A DNA stretch of 63,923 nt, filler included, from Octopus bimaculoides (taxonomy: Eukaryota), in assembly GCF_001194135.2 (NCBI RefSeq). It is 7 parts of 6 records of this genome, joined end to end, with 100 filler letters (N's around TTAATTAATTAA, not from the genome) between each part and the next. Parts side by side here need not be neighbours in the genome. Positions count along the whole stretch, not along the records: positions 1 to 16,539 come from NC_069002.1; positions 16,640 to 36,445 come from NC_068985.1; 5 more parts are not named here. The stretch is one strand, 5' to 3'. This document shows positions 13,331-25,205 of the stretch, one piece after another. Numbering within the stretch: the first letter of the stretch is position 1; each line of letters opens with the position of its first letter. A model generated the notes under the pieces. It searched no databases, was not told the origin of the DNA, and was given only the letters and a program-made list of their open reading frames with translations. The position numbers and the translations under genes are program-made.

Positions 13331-14454
13331 GTGTAAAAAGAAATACTTCAAAAAACCGCTAATGGGAAGTGGACTATAATGATATACGTGCAGTTTGGAG
13401 CATCTAGCAGTGTTTAGTTATTCCAACACTGATTGTTTTATCTGGTATCTTCAATAAGAGAAACACTGTATTCTGAATTCTCAAACTGTCGTTTAAATCT
13501 TAAAACAAAACTAACTCATCACAAATTGGTTAGTTCTGCACATCATATGACCATTTTGATTGGTTAAAAATAGTCATTCAATAAAAGTATTCAGCTATGT
13601 TTATGGCATGTTCTGCAGATAGAGTTTAGTACTTCTTTCAGTTTATGAATAGAAAAGATATTGTTTTGTCACCGCAGTTGTTCGTGTAGTCGGCCCACGC
13701 GTTGTCGGTCTGTGAGAACCTTCCCACAATCACTTTGGCTCCCACAATCACTTTGCCTATTTGCTCATGGCAAACACTCGTTCTTGTTTAAGCCGTTTGA
13801 TTACTTTATGTACATCATCATTTGCTTGTTTTTTCGTTTGTCTATTTTGAACTCTGCCCTGATTTGGCAACACAAACTGTCACTACTTAGAGTATGGAGA
13901 TTCTGTTTATTGACTTCTGCTTGTTCAGATAGCAGTTATTTACTTATCAGACAGCCTTTTGCTATTTTTCTGTGTGCACACGCGTTATTTGTTGTTCAAA
14001 CACACACGCACGTACACATACACTTCGATGTCTCTACATTTCTTTGTTCCACAATTTCTTTGGCTTGTTGAACATTCATTTAACATACATATTTTCCTTT
14101 CCTTATTTTCTAAGTATTACTTTTCCCTCGTGTAATAAGTTTGTGAATATTTGACGATGACTAATTCGAAGAATAAATCAAATTTGATCATTAATCGGAA
14201 CCTTCTGAAATCAATAGACTACAACTCTGTAACCATGTCAGATATCGATTTCACATGAAAAACAAAATGAAACGAATATAAACATATTTGAACTATTTCT
14301 GCTGGAGCGCCAGTTTCGTATAAAATTACGGAATACGAACAGAAGAATTGTTTCTAAACGATAAACGAATTACAGTTAGTTTTTATTAATGTTATTATTC
14401 GCATCATAAGAGTTCATAAACTTTCGAGAGAACACGAAGTAATTCTTTTTTGAG

Positions 14455-14800
14455 GTGTTCGCCAATATTTACATGCTAAAACTGACTGGAATCGATCCTA
14501 AAGCCTGGGACATTGAAACTCAGGACAGGCCCGGCTGGCATCATTCCATCTCCAATGTGACAAATCATTTCAAAGCTGAACGGAAGAAGAAAGAAGAGAA
14601 ACGACAAGAAAGAAAATGGAGGCTGCAACAACGAAAGCCTTCACCACAGATCCCTTGTGGTCTTTGTAGCAGACACTTCCATGCAAGAATCGGCCTCATT
14701 AGTCATCAGAGGCATAAACACGGACAGAGTGGTCAAGAAGAAACCAAATAAATGATCGGACACAGGATAAAATGCCAACGACGACGACGACGACAACATG
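14455..14800 (+). mobile_element. RTE (BovB-like) LINE 3' end with C-terminal C2H2 knuckle, short 3' UTR and (ACG)n tail
   Basis: LKLTGIDPKAWDIETQDRPGW...CGLCSRHFHARIGLISHQRHKH; ends GGATAAAATGCCAACGACGACG, a typical RTE terminus. Confidence 0.8.
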
Positions 14801-15479
14801 CTAACATTTAAAACTACGTGTGCTTCGAGATCAGCTGTTCCAAGGATTAAAAAACCAAAAACAAGAGAAAGAATTATTTCATATTATTATTTTGCTTCTG
14901 TTTGTTTCTTGTTTTAAGTTTAGAATTGCAAATTTTATTCCCCTTTCTTACACCTGTGTGATTCAAAGCAGAATTTCAGGTCCGATAGCACGGCACGGTA
15001 TTTTGTTTTGCCACCATTGTTTCGATTTGACTCATGTCATGTGCAGGAAATTGTGATATAGACAGAAATTACTGTGGAGAATATATAGAAGGAGGTGTGT
15101 GTGTGTGCCTGTTCTTTTGTAGCAAAATAAGTCCGTCACATATTTACTTTCGCACAATGGATGTTTCTAATCAAGTCCATTTTGTAGCAAGCATTATGAC
15201 CTGACCCGAGTTTCGAGGATAATTTCTGAATTATGATTTAATCCTCTCTACACGTTCCAAACAATCTTGGAATCTGTCACTCTTCCGATGATTAAGGCTT
15301 AAAATATACTGAAGGGGTCAGGTGACATGAAATGTCCCTTTGTGATATGTTAGAGGAGAAAATGGAAATTACCATTGGCCGTTATAAAGGAAAGATAAGA
15401 TTGATGTTCACGGAGGAGAAGGGGCAATGGTTATGACCTGAAAAGGGAAGAAGGGAATACCTTTGGTCGTTATAGACCT

Positions 15480-15930
15480 TCATGCAGGCAGGTGTGATAA
15501 TGAGAAGTAGAATGAGGAAGAGAAAAAGCAGGAAAGGAAAGAAGAATAGGAAGAATAGGAAGAAAGTGAAGGAAAAGAAGAAAAAAGAAGAGCGAGGAGC
15601 AGGATGAAGAGGCGGAGGAGAAAGAGAAGGGAAAGAAGGAGAGAAAGAAGGCAAAAGAAGGAAGTGGAAGAGCAGGAAAGAGAGAAAGAAGTACAAGGAG
15701 GAGGAGAAGGAAAGAAGAAAGAGATGAAGAAAAAAGACAAGATGTGGACGACGACGACGACGACAAAGAAGAAGAAGAAAAAGAAGAAGAAAAACAACAA
15801 CAAAGAAATAAGAAGAGGAAGAAAGGTAGAAGGAGAAGGGAAAAGAGAAATGATGATTAGGATGATGATGATGATGATGATGATGAGGAGGAGGAGGAGT
15901 AGTAGTAGGAGGAGGACGTTGATGGGGATG
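15480..15930. repeat. Purine-rich low-complexity (GAA/GGA/GAT) tract
   Basis: Direct reading. Confidence 0.9.
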
Positions 15931-16639
15931 ATGATAAAAACCGCTTCAAAATATTTGAAAGACCAAAACTAATGGTAGTTGTATATATCAAGGAAATTTC
16001 AGGAATAAATAATATAAGGAAAAATTCTGACACGATTTAAAAATAACAAGAACAACAACAAGACAAAGTATTTCATATTTTAATTTTAAATTAAAACAAA
16101 TGATATAAATGAAAACGAAAAGAAAAAGTAACAAAATATAACAAATAGAAATTTAATGTTTTTTTGAAATAAAATTTGGTTCCAGAATATGTAAAAAAAT
16201 AATGCAAAAATATTTTATCATAAACGAGAAACTTCATTTACGGTCTTTGACTGATGTCAAATTCTCCTTGATTGATGGATTAGCAGATTAGATAAACAAT
16301 TAAGAATGTTATCCGCGTTCATGTATATAATACACATACACACACGCACACACACACGCACACACACACGCATGCACACACGCACACACACGCGCACACA
16401 CGCACTCACACATATTCACATACACACACATTCACATACATGCACATACATGTATGTGTATGTGTATTTGTATGTTTGCATGTCTGTATGTATATGTCCG
16501 TATGCAATTATATACCCCTATATATATATATATATATATNNNNNNNNNNNNNNNNNNNNNNNNNNNNNNNNNNNNNNNNNNNNTTAATTAATTAANNNNN
16601 NNNNNNNNNNNNNNNNNNNNNNNNNNNNNNNNNNNNNNN

Positions 16640-17140
16640 GAAAGGCACAAAAGCCTTTCTCTGCATGACAGTGAAATGAAACTCAAAGAATGTATGTCAA
16701 TGATGCAAAGTTTTACCATAAATGTGTCCCAGACAGAAAAGTATCACGCACAAATCATTTTCCTTCGAGACAGGAAAGTTTTTATGAGATGAAGAATAAA
16801 GGTTTCAAGTCTCATAAATAAACAACTTAATGACAGCAAGAAGTCCCACCTCAAAAGACACCGAAAATATACTCTCCCATGAAGAAGAAAGAGAAGAAAA
16901 CAAGCCTCTCCCATGCAGAAAATAAGTCAAGATAGTTGAAAATTAGAAAGGAACTGTAAGAATTTTCTTCAGTGTGTTATAAGATAAGGTCACTGTTTGA
17001 AGAAAACGGCTCACTGACTGCAGACCCTTGAGGATAAGCGAAATATTAAATAAACAATTCCAAAGTATTCTTCACTTCCCCACTGCGAGATATGCAAATA
17101 CGCGAGCTTGATGAGTTCTTCAACACCGCAGATCCACAGC
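16640..17140 (+). mobile_element. CR1-group LINE ORF2 fragment (region between endonuclease and RT), frameshifted
   Basis: Frames join to EENGSLTADP..ISEILNKQFQSI, matching the CR1-type G.L..DP...AEILN.QF.SVF motif. Confidence 0.6.
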
Positions 17141-17199
17141 GAAGAGGCAAATATAGATCACGCGCGCGTGCGCACGTACACACACACACACACACACAC

Positions 17200-17300
17200 A
17201 TGCTGTGTGGTTAAGAAACTCGCTTTGCGACTGCGTGGTTTCAGGTTCAGTATCACTGCGCGTCATCTCGCCTGACTAATACCTTGTAAGTGAATTTGAT
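17200..17300 (+). mobile_element. SINE family C head
   Basis: GCTGTGTGGTTAAGAAACTCGC...GGTTCAGTATCACTGCG. Confidence 0.7.
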
Positions 17301-17439
17301 GAATGTCTCATCAGACTTTAAAGCCGAGAGACGCTTAGATGCGAAACCATTGGTCACTGTATGATCGGATATAGACTTAACTACTTACAAATATATTTCA
17401 GCTCTGCTTACTTGCTTATAGCTGTCCGTCAATGTTGAC

Positions 17440-17880
17440 GACGACGTTGTCCTCTAAGAGTCTTATTCTATATTTTGTGAGTTGACAGATGTGGAAACAG
17501 TCCGATCCTGGAATGGCATGTCCTTGAATACAGATGACAAAGGAAGTTGCCCATTATGTTGTTGATGAGTTTGAGACGGCGTTGACGTCTCTTTTCCTCA
17601 AGTTTCTCACGTCGGATTAGTTAAAAGTGTGCGGTTCCTTTGTCGCAGGTTTGCCGGTTCCGAGCAAAATGTTCAAGTTGTGCCGGTTGAATGTTGCAGG
17701 AGTTGAGGACAAGCTTAAGATGGTCCTTGAATCTCTTCTTGGGTCTCCCATGCGGGCGAAGACCGGTTGATAGCTCTCCGAAGAAGACCATTTTTCGGAG
17801 ATGATTATCAGGCATCCTGATAACGTGGCTGACCCATCTTAGAAGACGGCGTTGGATGATGGCTTCAACGCTGGAGATTC
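17440..17880 (-). mobile_element. RTE-clade LINE 3' fragment
   Basis: RWVSHVIRMPDNHLRKMVFFGELSTGLRPHGRPKKRFKDHLK, the conserved RTE C-terminal GEL..G.R..GRP.KR.KD.LK motif. Confidence 0.85.
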
Positions 17881-17949
17881 CTGCTTGCTAGTACCTTTAA
17901 TGTATTTCTCAGGCAACACATTTTTGTGCAATGTTTCAATAGAAACTAA

Positions 17950-18385
17950 ACTATGTATGTATGTCATTAATCAGTTTTATTTCAAGATTTCTTGCCAATA
18001 GAGAAAAAGCCGGTTTCTAACCTAGATCTAAGGCTCCTTCATTGGAATTTCAACATCAACAACGGTATTTCTGTATGTATGTATATATACGTGCAGATTT
18101 GTATGTTTTGTTTTATGTATGTCTTCTCACGCATATACTTGCATATCTAAACATGCTCATATATACTTAAATGATAAACTTTTGGGAAGTTTTACAGACT
18201 TTTACAGTTCCAGGGATGGATTGGATCTGTAGTCTTCGACTCAACTTTCTCCTTTCTGGTTTTGAGAAGCCTAATTTCTCAAGATCGGTATTTAGACAGT
18301 GCGTTAAACATCCCAGGACTCCAATAATCACAGGTATAAACTTGAACTTGTAGTCTGGATAGAGTAATTGCAGATTTCTCAATGT
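17950..18385 (-). mobile_element. Restriction-like-endonuclease (R4/Dong/NeSL/CRE-type) non-LTR retrotransposon 3' end
   Basis: LYPDYKFKFIPVIIGVLG...LEKLG...LQIQSIPGTVKVCK resembles the RLE C-terminal 'VVPVVIGALG...LQK.ALLGT' motif; a probable 3' UTR follows at 17950-18070. Confidence 0.7.
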
Positions 18386-19544
18386 ATGTATGTATGATTT
18401 TTATTTGAGTTTTATTTAAGTTCTTGAGAGAGTTCACGCTGGTCGCTAACAAAGCGACAAAACTTTTTGAGTTAAGAGAGTTCTTGGTGTTTGTAAATAT
18501 GTGGTTGAGTTTGTGTGTTGAGTTGAATTGCTGATGTATACACTAGTGTGTGTATCTATTCACATAAAAGTCTCAGATGGAGAATATTTGGAATGTCTTA
18601 CAAATATTCACTGTGCCCCTAATAAATTGGATAATGAGAATCTGCGTCAGTTTCTTTTGATATTTTTCAGTGAAACCGAGTACTTGTTGGTACATAACCT
18701 AATGCACCTACGATGATAGATACAAATAAGAATTCACAATATGGGTACAAGAACTGTAAGTTGCGCATTGTATTTATGTATTTACTAATATAAAAAGTGT
18801 ATTCCTGTGAATCTAGCACAGAATAATACTGAATGCTGTTTTATTATTCAAAGACAATACAAATACAATAACAACTTCGTACAAAAGGTTAAAAATAAAA
18901 ATGATTGTACTTTCTTATTCTTTTGTGCAAAGTTTACCACCATAGAAAGTAGTGTCCAGTGCCCAAGTCTATTTGGAATTGCTATCCCCAAAAGGGATAT
19001 TTTGCTCAAATAGGTAAATCCAGTGATATAACTGGAGTGGAGCTGGCCGGCACATGTCGCAGGCGTAAAATTTTGTCGGGCGTCATTTTATAATAATTCA
19101 AATTTTATTTTGCTTTATCATGTTTTTTTTTTAGTTAAAATATGCTCATTTGGAAATGTATCGTAATTACATTTTGGGTGAATGATGGATAAATCATTTG
19201 TTTTAAATAATGGCGACAATCTCCCTTTTGTTCGTCACTGTTGATACACTCAAAACTATTGTTTCCTGATTATGTATGTGAGCGTGTATCTTTACGTGTG
19301 TGTGTGTGTGTGTGTGTGTGTGCGTATGTTTAGATATACATGTACATAATATAATATATACATGTACACACACATACATATGCATATACATACATACGTA
19401 CACGACGCGCGCACACCCACCCACATAATGCAGAACACAAGTGGGGTTTAAAATTCACCATAAGTCCTTGGCAGCATTTTATTGATGCAATTCTTAGATT
19501 ACACCAAAACAAAAATCCGCCATCATCTGGTAAACTATGGTGAA

Positions 19545-20443
19545 CAGTGGCCCGGGAACAAAATTTGCTTAGGGGGTGCAAACTCAGTTTCAAAATTTGG
19601 CACTACTGGAGAAGAGTGGATCCGAGTTCTGGGAGTGTGCATGTCACAAATTTGCGCATGCGCACGCGTTAGTCGTAAGTAGTCGAATTTAGCACACAGG
19701 GAAAAAAACTAGACGCTCGCTACTTGCTGTAAATGGAGAGTGGGTTATCCATCTAATACAAGAGGAAAATTGCAGATAAATTGAATAAAAACATGAAAAA
19801 TAACAAGATGAAAAAGTGAATCAAGACTAAAGTTGGAGTTGAAAAAAAAGGCACTTACCAGGCAGTGGTCAAGTTGATAATGGAATATTGAATGGTTGTT
19901 TTGTACTGAAAGAATTTTGAAGGGGTTTTATTTTTAGACTGGGGTCAAACGGTCAAATCCATTTAACCATGTTTTAAGTCTTTAGCAACACCAATTACAA
20001 AGAACTTGGGAGTGGTACTAAAAGATGGAGAGAAGTATTGACAGACAGAAACTGGGTGGGAGCTGTCTTCAATAATTCAAGTAATGCTATATATTCAAAA
20101 TTAACCATACCTGCTGGTTTTATTGTTGTTATTGTTGCGGCTACTGTTGTTATTGTCACTTATTTTTTTTGTATTTTGACGCTACTTGCTTTCAGAAGTT
20201 AGTGGTCCTAAACTCCCTAGGGAATTTTATGCCAGCTTCATCACTTTTATTTATTTATTTATTTTATTTTTTTCTTTGTTTTGAAACGAGATCGAAATTA
20301 AGCATTTTATACCGATAGATTTTACACACTTTTTTTTCTGCAACTGGTAAGATTATGTAGGGGATGCAAATTTTGATCTTGCACCCCCTGAAATTCTAGG
20401 GGGTGCGGGTGCACCCGCTGCACCCCCTGTTCCCGGGCCCTTG
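19545..20443. mobile_element. Non-autonomous hAT-type DNA transposon (899 bp)
   Basis: TIRs CAGTGGCCCGGGAACA / TGTTCCCGGGCCCTTG, subterminal GGGGGTGCA motifs, perfect 8-bp TSD ATGGTGAA (19537-19544 and 20444-20451). Confidence 0.9.
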
Positions 20444-20539
20444 ATGGTGAACTAACAATAAACGACAACCGTACGTTGCCTCAGCTTGTAGGTTCAATAC
20501 TACGTAGCCAGCCAATCCTAGCGTCGGTCCGTTACAGAA

Positions 20540-20690
20540 TTACTCATTTTTTGCCAGCTGAGTGAACTGGAGCAACGTGAGCTGAAGTATTTTGTTCATG
20601 AACACAATTTATCACCCTGTTCAGGAATCGAAACGACAATTTTACAACCATGATTCCAACACTCCTAACTACAAAGCTATGCGCCTTCAC
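20540..20690 (-). mobile_element. SINE family B copy
   Basis: TACTCATTTTTTGCCAGCTGAGTGAACTGGAGCAACGTGA...GGAATCGAAAC. Confidence 0.8.
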
Positions 20691-20884
20691 TAAATTTCTC
20701 CTCACTCTTCCACTCAGCCTAAAATTATTTCTGACTATTTGTAAGTCTATGGCTACATACGAGAAGAGATTTACAAAGCTGAAACATTTGAAGGACTATT
20801 TACAATCTACAATGAAATAATCACGTTTCCTACAAAGAACTGCGTGCGCGCACGCATCAGCTCGCAACACATCATCTCGTAGCT

Positions 20885-21210
20885 ATCCGTCGCGTGCACT
20901 GGTACGGACATGTCCTCCATCTCCCGCTAGATCATCCTACCAGGGCTTTACTCTCATTCGACGCAACAGCTGCGGGCTGGAAGAGGTCATGTGGCAGGTC
21001 CCGCACCAGATGGTTGGATATGATTGGGGAAGATCTCCAGAGGCTCGACGCCTCCTTGGAAGAAGCAGAGGGGCTGGCACAGGACTACTAGTGATGGAGA
21101 GCACCAGTGGACCTGGTTAGCTCTACGCATGATGCATGATGGTATCTCTGCGATTATTACCCTGGGATGACCCCAGCCCCATCAGGCAAGAACACGAAGC
21201 AAAGCAAGTC
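20885..21210 (+). mobile_element. RTE/RTE-X LINE 3' end fragment
   Basis: HWYGHVLHLPLDHPTRALL...WKRSCGRSRTRWLDMIGEDL matches the W.GH..R...GRPR.RW.D.I..DL C-terminal motif. Confidence 0.8.
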
Positions 21211-22362
21211 TGGAATAATCAAGGCTTTTCGGTCTTGAGATAGTATTTCCAATTGAAAGAGATTTAGTGAAACGCATTGATTTCAATGGAAATATTTATA
21301 AGTGCGCAGCCGTGAAGGGCAGGAAAGGGAAGTTCTGAATTAATGAAGATGTTCATTAAGTGATGAGATACTAGCGTATTTGTTCCTAGTTATGCTATTA
21401 TTTCATTTATGAGTATGTTGCCATATGTGTTTATCTGTTAGTCCCACATTATTTGAGCTGTTATTGATAACGCATACTGTGGTATGACGTCAGTGTCTGG
21501 GGAGGCTGACCGGAAGGGCGAGTTGACCGGAAGAGGAAAAAGGGCAGAGGGAGCCTCGACCGGGATTCGTGCCCTTTTTTCGAACGGGGTCGTGGTCAGG
21601 AGAGGACGTGCCAAGCGAGGGCCTAGGTTTGGGAGAAGCAGCTGCTATTCCTAGTGTTCTTTGGGTCGGGGCAAGCTTCAAGGATTGGATACCGCAAGAC
21701 AGACTCGCAGTCGACGACAGGAAAACTGAGGTATGGCGATTACATCTACTCGCACGCATACACCACACATACTTAATCTATTAATGCATCCAATGTAACA
21801 ACAAAGCTTAACGCTAGAATAATTACAAACCATTCAGTCAGGACGCCTTCACATGTCCAAGTTGTTTCCACATCTATCAGAGCGAAGGTAACCGCAAAAA
21901 TATTTGTTTCGTTGGTTTATGAATTAAAAATACGTAAACATACAAACACATATACACACGCGCGCATACATACATACAGTTATACATGTATGAATGTATG
22001 TATGTATGTATGTATGTATGTATGTATGTATGTGTATTTATAAGTATGTATGCACACATGCATTGGGGAGAGAATTACGTTTATGTTACATTTCCTGCTT
22101 TTATAACTACGCCTGTGGACATTCCTCACAACTTAAGGAGCAATATATAGATTGATGAATTATTGTGTTCGCAGACGGAGTAGAAAGTACTCAAAAGATA
22201 AAGCAGTGAGCATTTTTTAAAATTAGAAAGTACCAACTTACCGGTTTATTCACCAAGTAAGGGATTTGCCAAGCATTCAAAAATGGTAACGTGACTTAAA
22301 TAATATCCATTCGTTCATTGACACTAAAACTTCATTAATGATAGAAACCGTTCTTCCTTGTG

Positions 22363-22472
<110 letters not shown>

Positions 22473-22839
22473 GCGTAGTTATAAAAGCTGGGAATGTAAC
22501 ATAAACGTAATTCTCTCCCCAATGCATGTGTGCATAAAATGGAACAAAAACGCAATAGTTCGGACAGATAGACGATACAAAGGTGGACAGGGGAAACAAC
22601 AATTAGGAGGACAGGCAAAAAAAAGACGGGACATTCGTGGCCTTCTTTCCTCAGTCAAGTTACCAGAAGTCCTTACTGTTTCGGGCAATGAGCCGTATCG
22701 GTATTCAGAAGTCCCAAAATGGCTGGTAAGGCTATGTAAGTGCTATGGGAGGACCATGGTTAGACTCTGGGTTCGATAATAATACGTGTGAGGAGTCTAA
22801 TGCGGGTCTTGTGTGAGCATGTATATGTTAAATAAAACG

Positions 22840-23110
22840 AGACAACAAAATATGAACTCCCATCGGAATTTACATATCATAGACAAGAAGCATTTCTACT
22901 CATTCTACACTTTCCTTGGATAATGGAACTGCAACTGTAACATCCTAAATAAATTTCTACTTTTATTTTTATTTTTATTCTATTATTTCCTTTTATATTT
23001 CCTATATCTGTCCTTTTCCAAAATAACTACTTATGTTGATTTCTACTGGTTCCCTCTAGTTAACTCTCTCATATCGTCTCTGATGAAGGGATATCCCAGA
23101 AACTATATCT
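22840..23110 (+). ncRNA. Solo Penelope-pLTR/retrozyme-like unit with hammerhead core at its 3' end
   Basis: CTGATGA (23080) + stem II GGG-ATAT-CCC + GAAAC (23099); the stem I partner of TCATATCGTCT lies at the unit's 5' end (AGAC...ATATGA, 22840-22855). Confidence 0.5.
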
Positions 23111-23169
23111 TTATAAATGTCCTATAAATTCCACACAGCCTTGGTTTTGTTGTCTGACTTTATTTAACG

Positions 23170-23273
<104 letters not shown>

Positions 23274-23274
23274 A

Positions 23275-24560
23275 CTGACTTGCTCCCTGACACTCAGCAT
23301 GGGGTCCGCTCAGGAAGAAGCTGCCTTACACAGCTTTTGCAGCACTATGACTGGGTGTTGAAACAATTAACGAATCGCCCAAACGTGGATGTGATATATC
23401 GCAATTTTGCAATGCCCTTTGATAAGGTTGATCACAGCATGACATGTCACAAGTTACGGAGACTCGGCATAGTCGGATAACTGGGAGAGTGGTTGAATGA
23501 CTTCTGAAAAGACAGAAGCCAGGCTGTGATAGGCAATGGGGCCCTCTCCAAGGAGACAGTAATAGAGAGTGTAGTGCCTCGGGGGAACTGTATTTGGAGC
23601 CGCTACTGTTCATGGCGTCTCTTTCAGACATGCTATCAGTTACGCGGACAACCACACTTACTAGCTATGCCAACGACACAAAAGCAGTACAAGCAGTTAA
23701 GGAACTTTCTGATGCTAATTTTCAACAGAAAAACCTATGATGCCATATGTAAATGGGCTGAAGAAAATAACATGCAATTTAATGCAGGTAAATTCCGAGC
23801 CCTCCGCTACCAACTATTTGGTGCTCACAAGCCGCAACAACAATACTATGGACCAAAAGGGGCGGCAGTCCCAGAGTTACGTACAGTGCGTGATCTGGGG
23901 ATTGATATGAGCACCGATACCTCGTTTCATGTATATATCACCAAGATGATGGCAATGTGCTGGCGAATAGCCGGATGGATTCTGAGAACCTTCAGAATAA
24001 GGGACCAGGAAACTATGCTGGTTCTATGGAGGATATTTGTACTCAGTCATCTGGAATATTGCTCTCGACTGTGGTCACCTTAGAGCGTCAAGTTAATAAC
24101 AGAAATTGAGGCAGTTCAGCGGTGCTACACCAGAAAGATTGCATCAATGGAACAGCTGAGCTACTGAGAGAGACTGAGCGAGCTACTGAGAGAGACTGAG
24201 CGAGCTACTGAGAGAGACTGAGCGAGCTACGACTCTACTCCTTGGAGCGAAGACGAGGAAGGTATGTGGTGATGTACGTATGGAAGATCCTAGAGGGTGT
24301 GGCACCAAACTTTAGTATCGAAAGCTCGAACTGGACGTCACTGCACTGTTCTCCCAGCTATCCCGTCTAGACTGAGGACCATGTACTGCAATAACTTGGG
24401 GTTCAAGAACCAACAGTTATTTGATGCCTTTCCAAAACATCTGAGGGATCTTCATAGGGTAGGAGTAGATGTTTTCAAGAAGCAACTTGACCTCCTGCTA
24501 TCCAAAGTCCCAGATGAACCTATATCAAACAGGAAACTAAAAAGAGGGCAGTAGTGTCGA
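23275..24560 (+). mobile_element. CR1-group LINE reverse transcriptase, decayed (stops and frameshifts)
   Basis: QHGVRSGRSCLTQLL...DVIYRNFAMPFDKVDH...LGIDM...GWILRTF...LEYCSRLWSP...EAVQRCYTRKI...LSY*ERL...YSLERRRGRY are hallmark CR1/Jockey-group RT motifs. Confidence 0.92.
24158..24230 (+). repeat. Perfect 22-bp tandem triplication inside the CR1 ORF
   Basis: GAGCTACTGAGAGAGACTGAGC x3 + GAGCTAC. Confidence 0.95.
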
Positions 24561-24614
24561 ACTCTCTCTCCTTCACCAAAAGTAAATCACATAAGATTAG
24601 TCATTGAAAAGGTG

Positions 24615-24861
24615 ATTATGGTGGTTTCGTTGTTGCACTCATGATCGCTAGATCGTGGGTTCAATTCCCTGATTGGGCGGCGCGTTGTGTTCTTGAGCAA
24701 AACACTTCATTTCACGTTGCTCCAGTCCCCCTTTCGACCAGGGAGAAATGATTGGCATGCTCGCGGGGTGGCGCCATTTAAAGGCTAAACAATGCAAAAG
24801 CGCATTGTAACCAGCGATGTGCCTCAACACCTGACAGCCTGATCGGTAACGTGATCACGTG

Positions 24862-24865
<4 letters not shown>
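24615..24865 (+). mobile_element. SINE family B copy with long 3' tail
   Basis: GTGGGTTCAATTCC B box; TTCTTGAGCAAAACACTTCATTTCACGTTGCTCCAGTCC body. Confidence 0.8.
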
Positions 24866-24899
<34 letters not shown>

Positions 24900-25106
24900 C
24901 ATTTCTAAATCTCTCAGAGAAATTTATGCAGTAGTGATGCGATGAAGTAGTTCTATGCTGTCAACTTAATGTGACTGTCCCATGAAGGGAATAATACTAC
25001 TGCTATTTAGCCATAGGAAGCAGCACCGCTTCCTGTCGGCCTTGACACATTTCCTGTGTCCTTATGTTTATAAGGGGGAGACAAGCACCTCCACTTAGCT
25101 AAGCCT

Positions 25107-25150
25107 GCATCCAGAGACATGTTTCTGAGTCTTTCCTCGTCATCAGTCTG
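25107..25150 (-). ncRNA. Minimal type-I hammerhead ribozyme motif
   Basis: Minus strand reads CAGA-CTGATGA-cGAG(gaaaga)CTCa-GAAAC-AT-GTC|TCTG: core, stem II, palindromic (ACATGT) mini helix III, GUC triplet and stem I CAGA/TCTG. Confidence 0.6.
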
Positions 25151-25205
25151 ATATATATATATATAAAATAAACAAACAGGGTGTGCATTGCACTAAATGG
25201 ATGTA

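Noticed and set aside
15382-15972. Lys/Arg/Glu-rich and Phe/Leu-rich ORFs
   Set aside because: Translation of a purine-rich simple repeat; no domain.
16584-16595. TTAATTAATTAA centred in 100-bp N blocks (also at 36490, 50018, 59344, 60539, 62801)
   Set aside because: Identical 12-mer giving stops in all six frames, always flanked by 44 Ns on each side. It is an artificial scaffolding spacer, not biology, and adjacency across these joins is uncertain.
17320-17365. GCGAAACCATTGGTC hammerhead-like half
   Set aside because: The CUGAUGA core and stem I pairing are missing.
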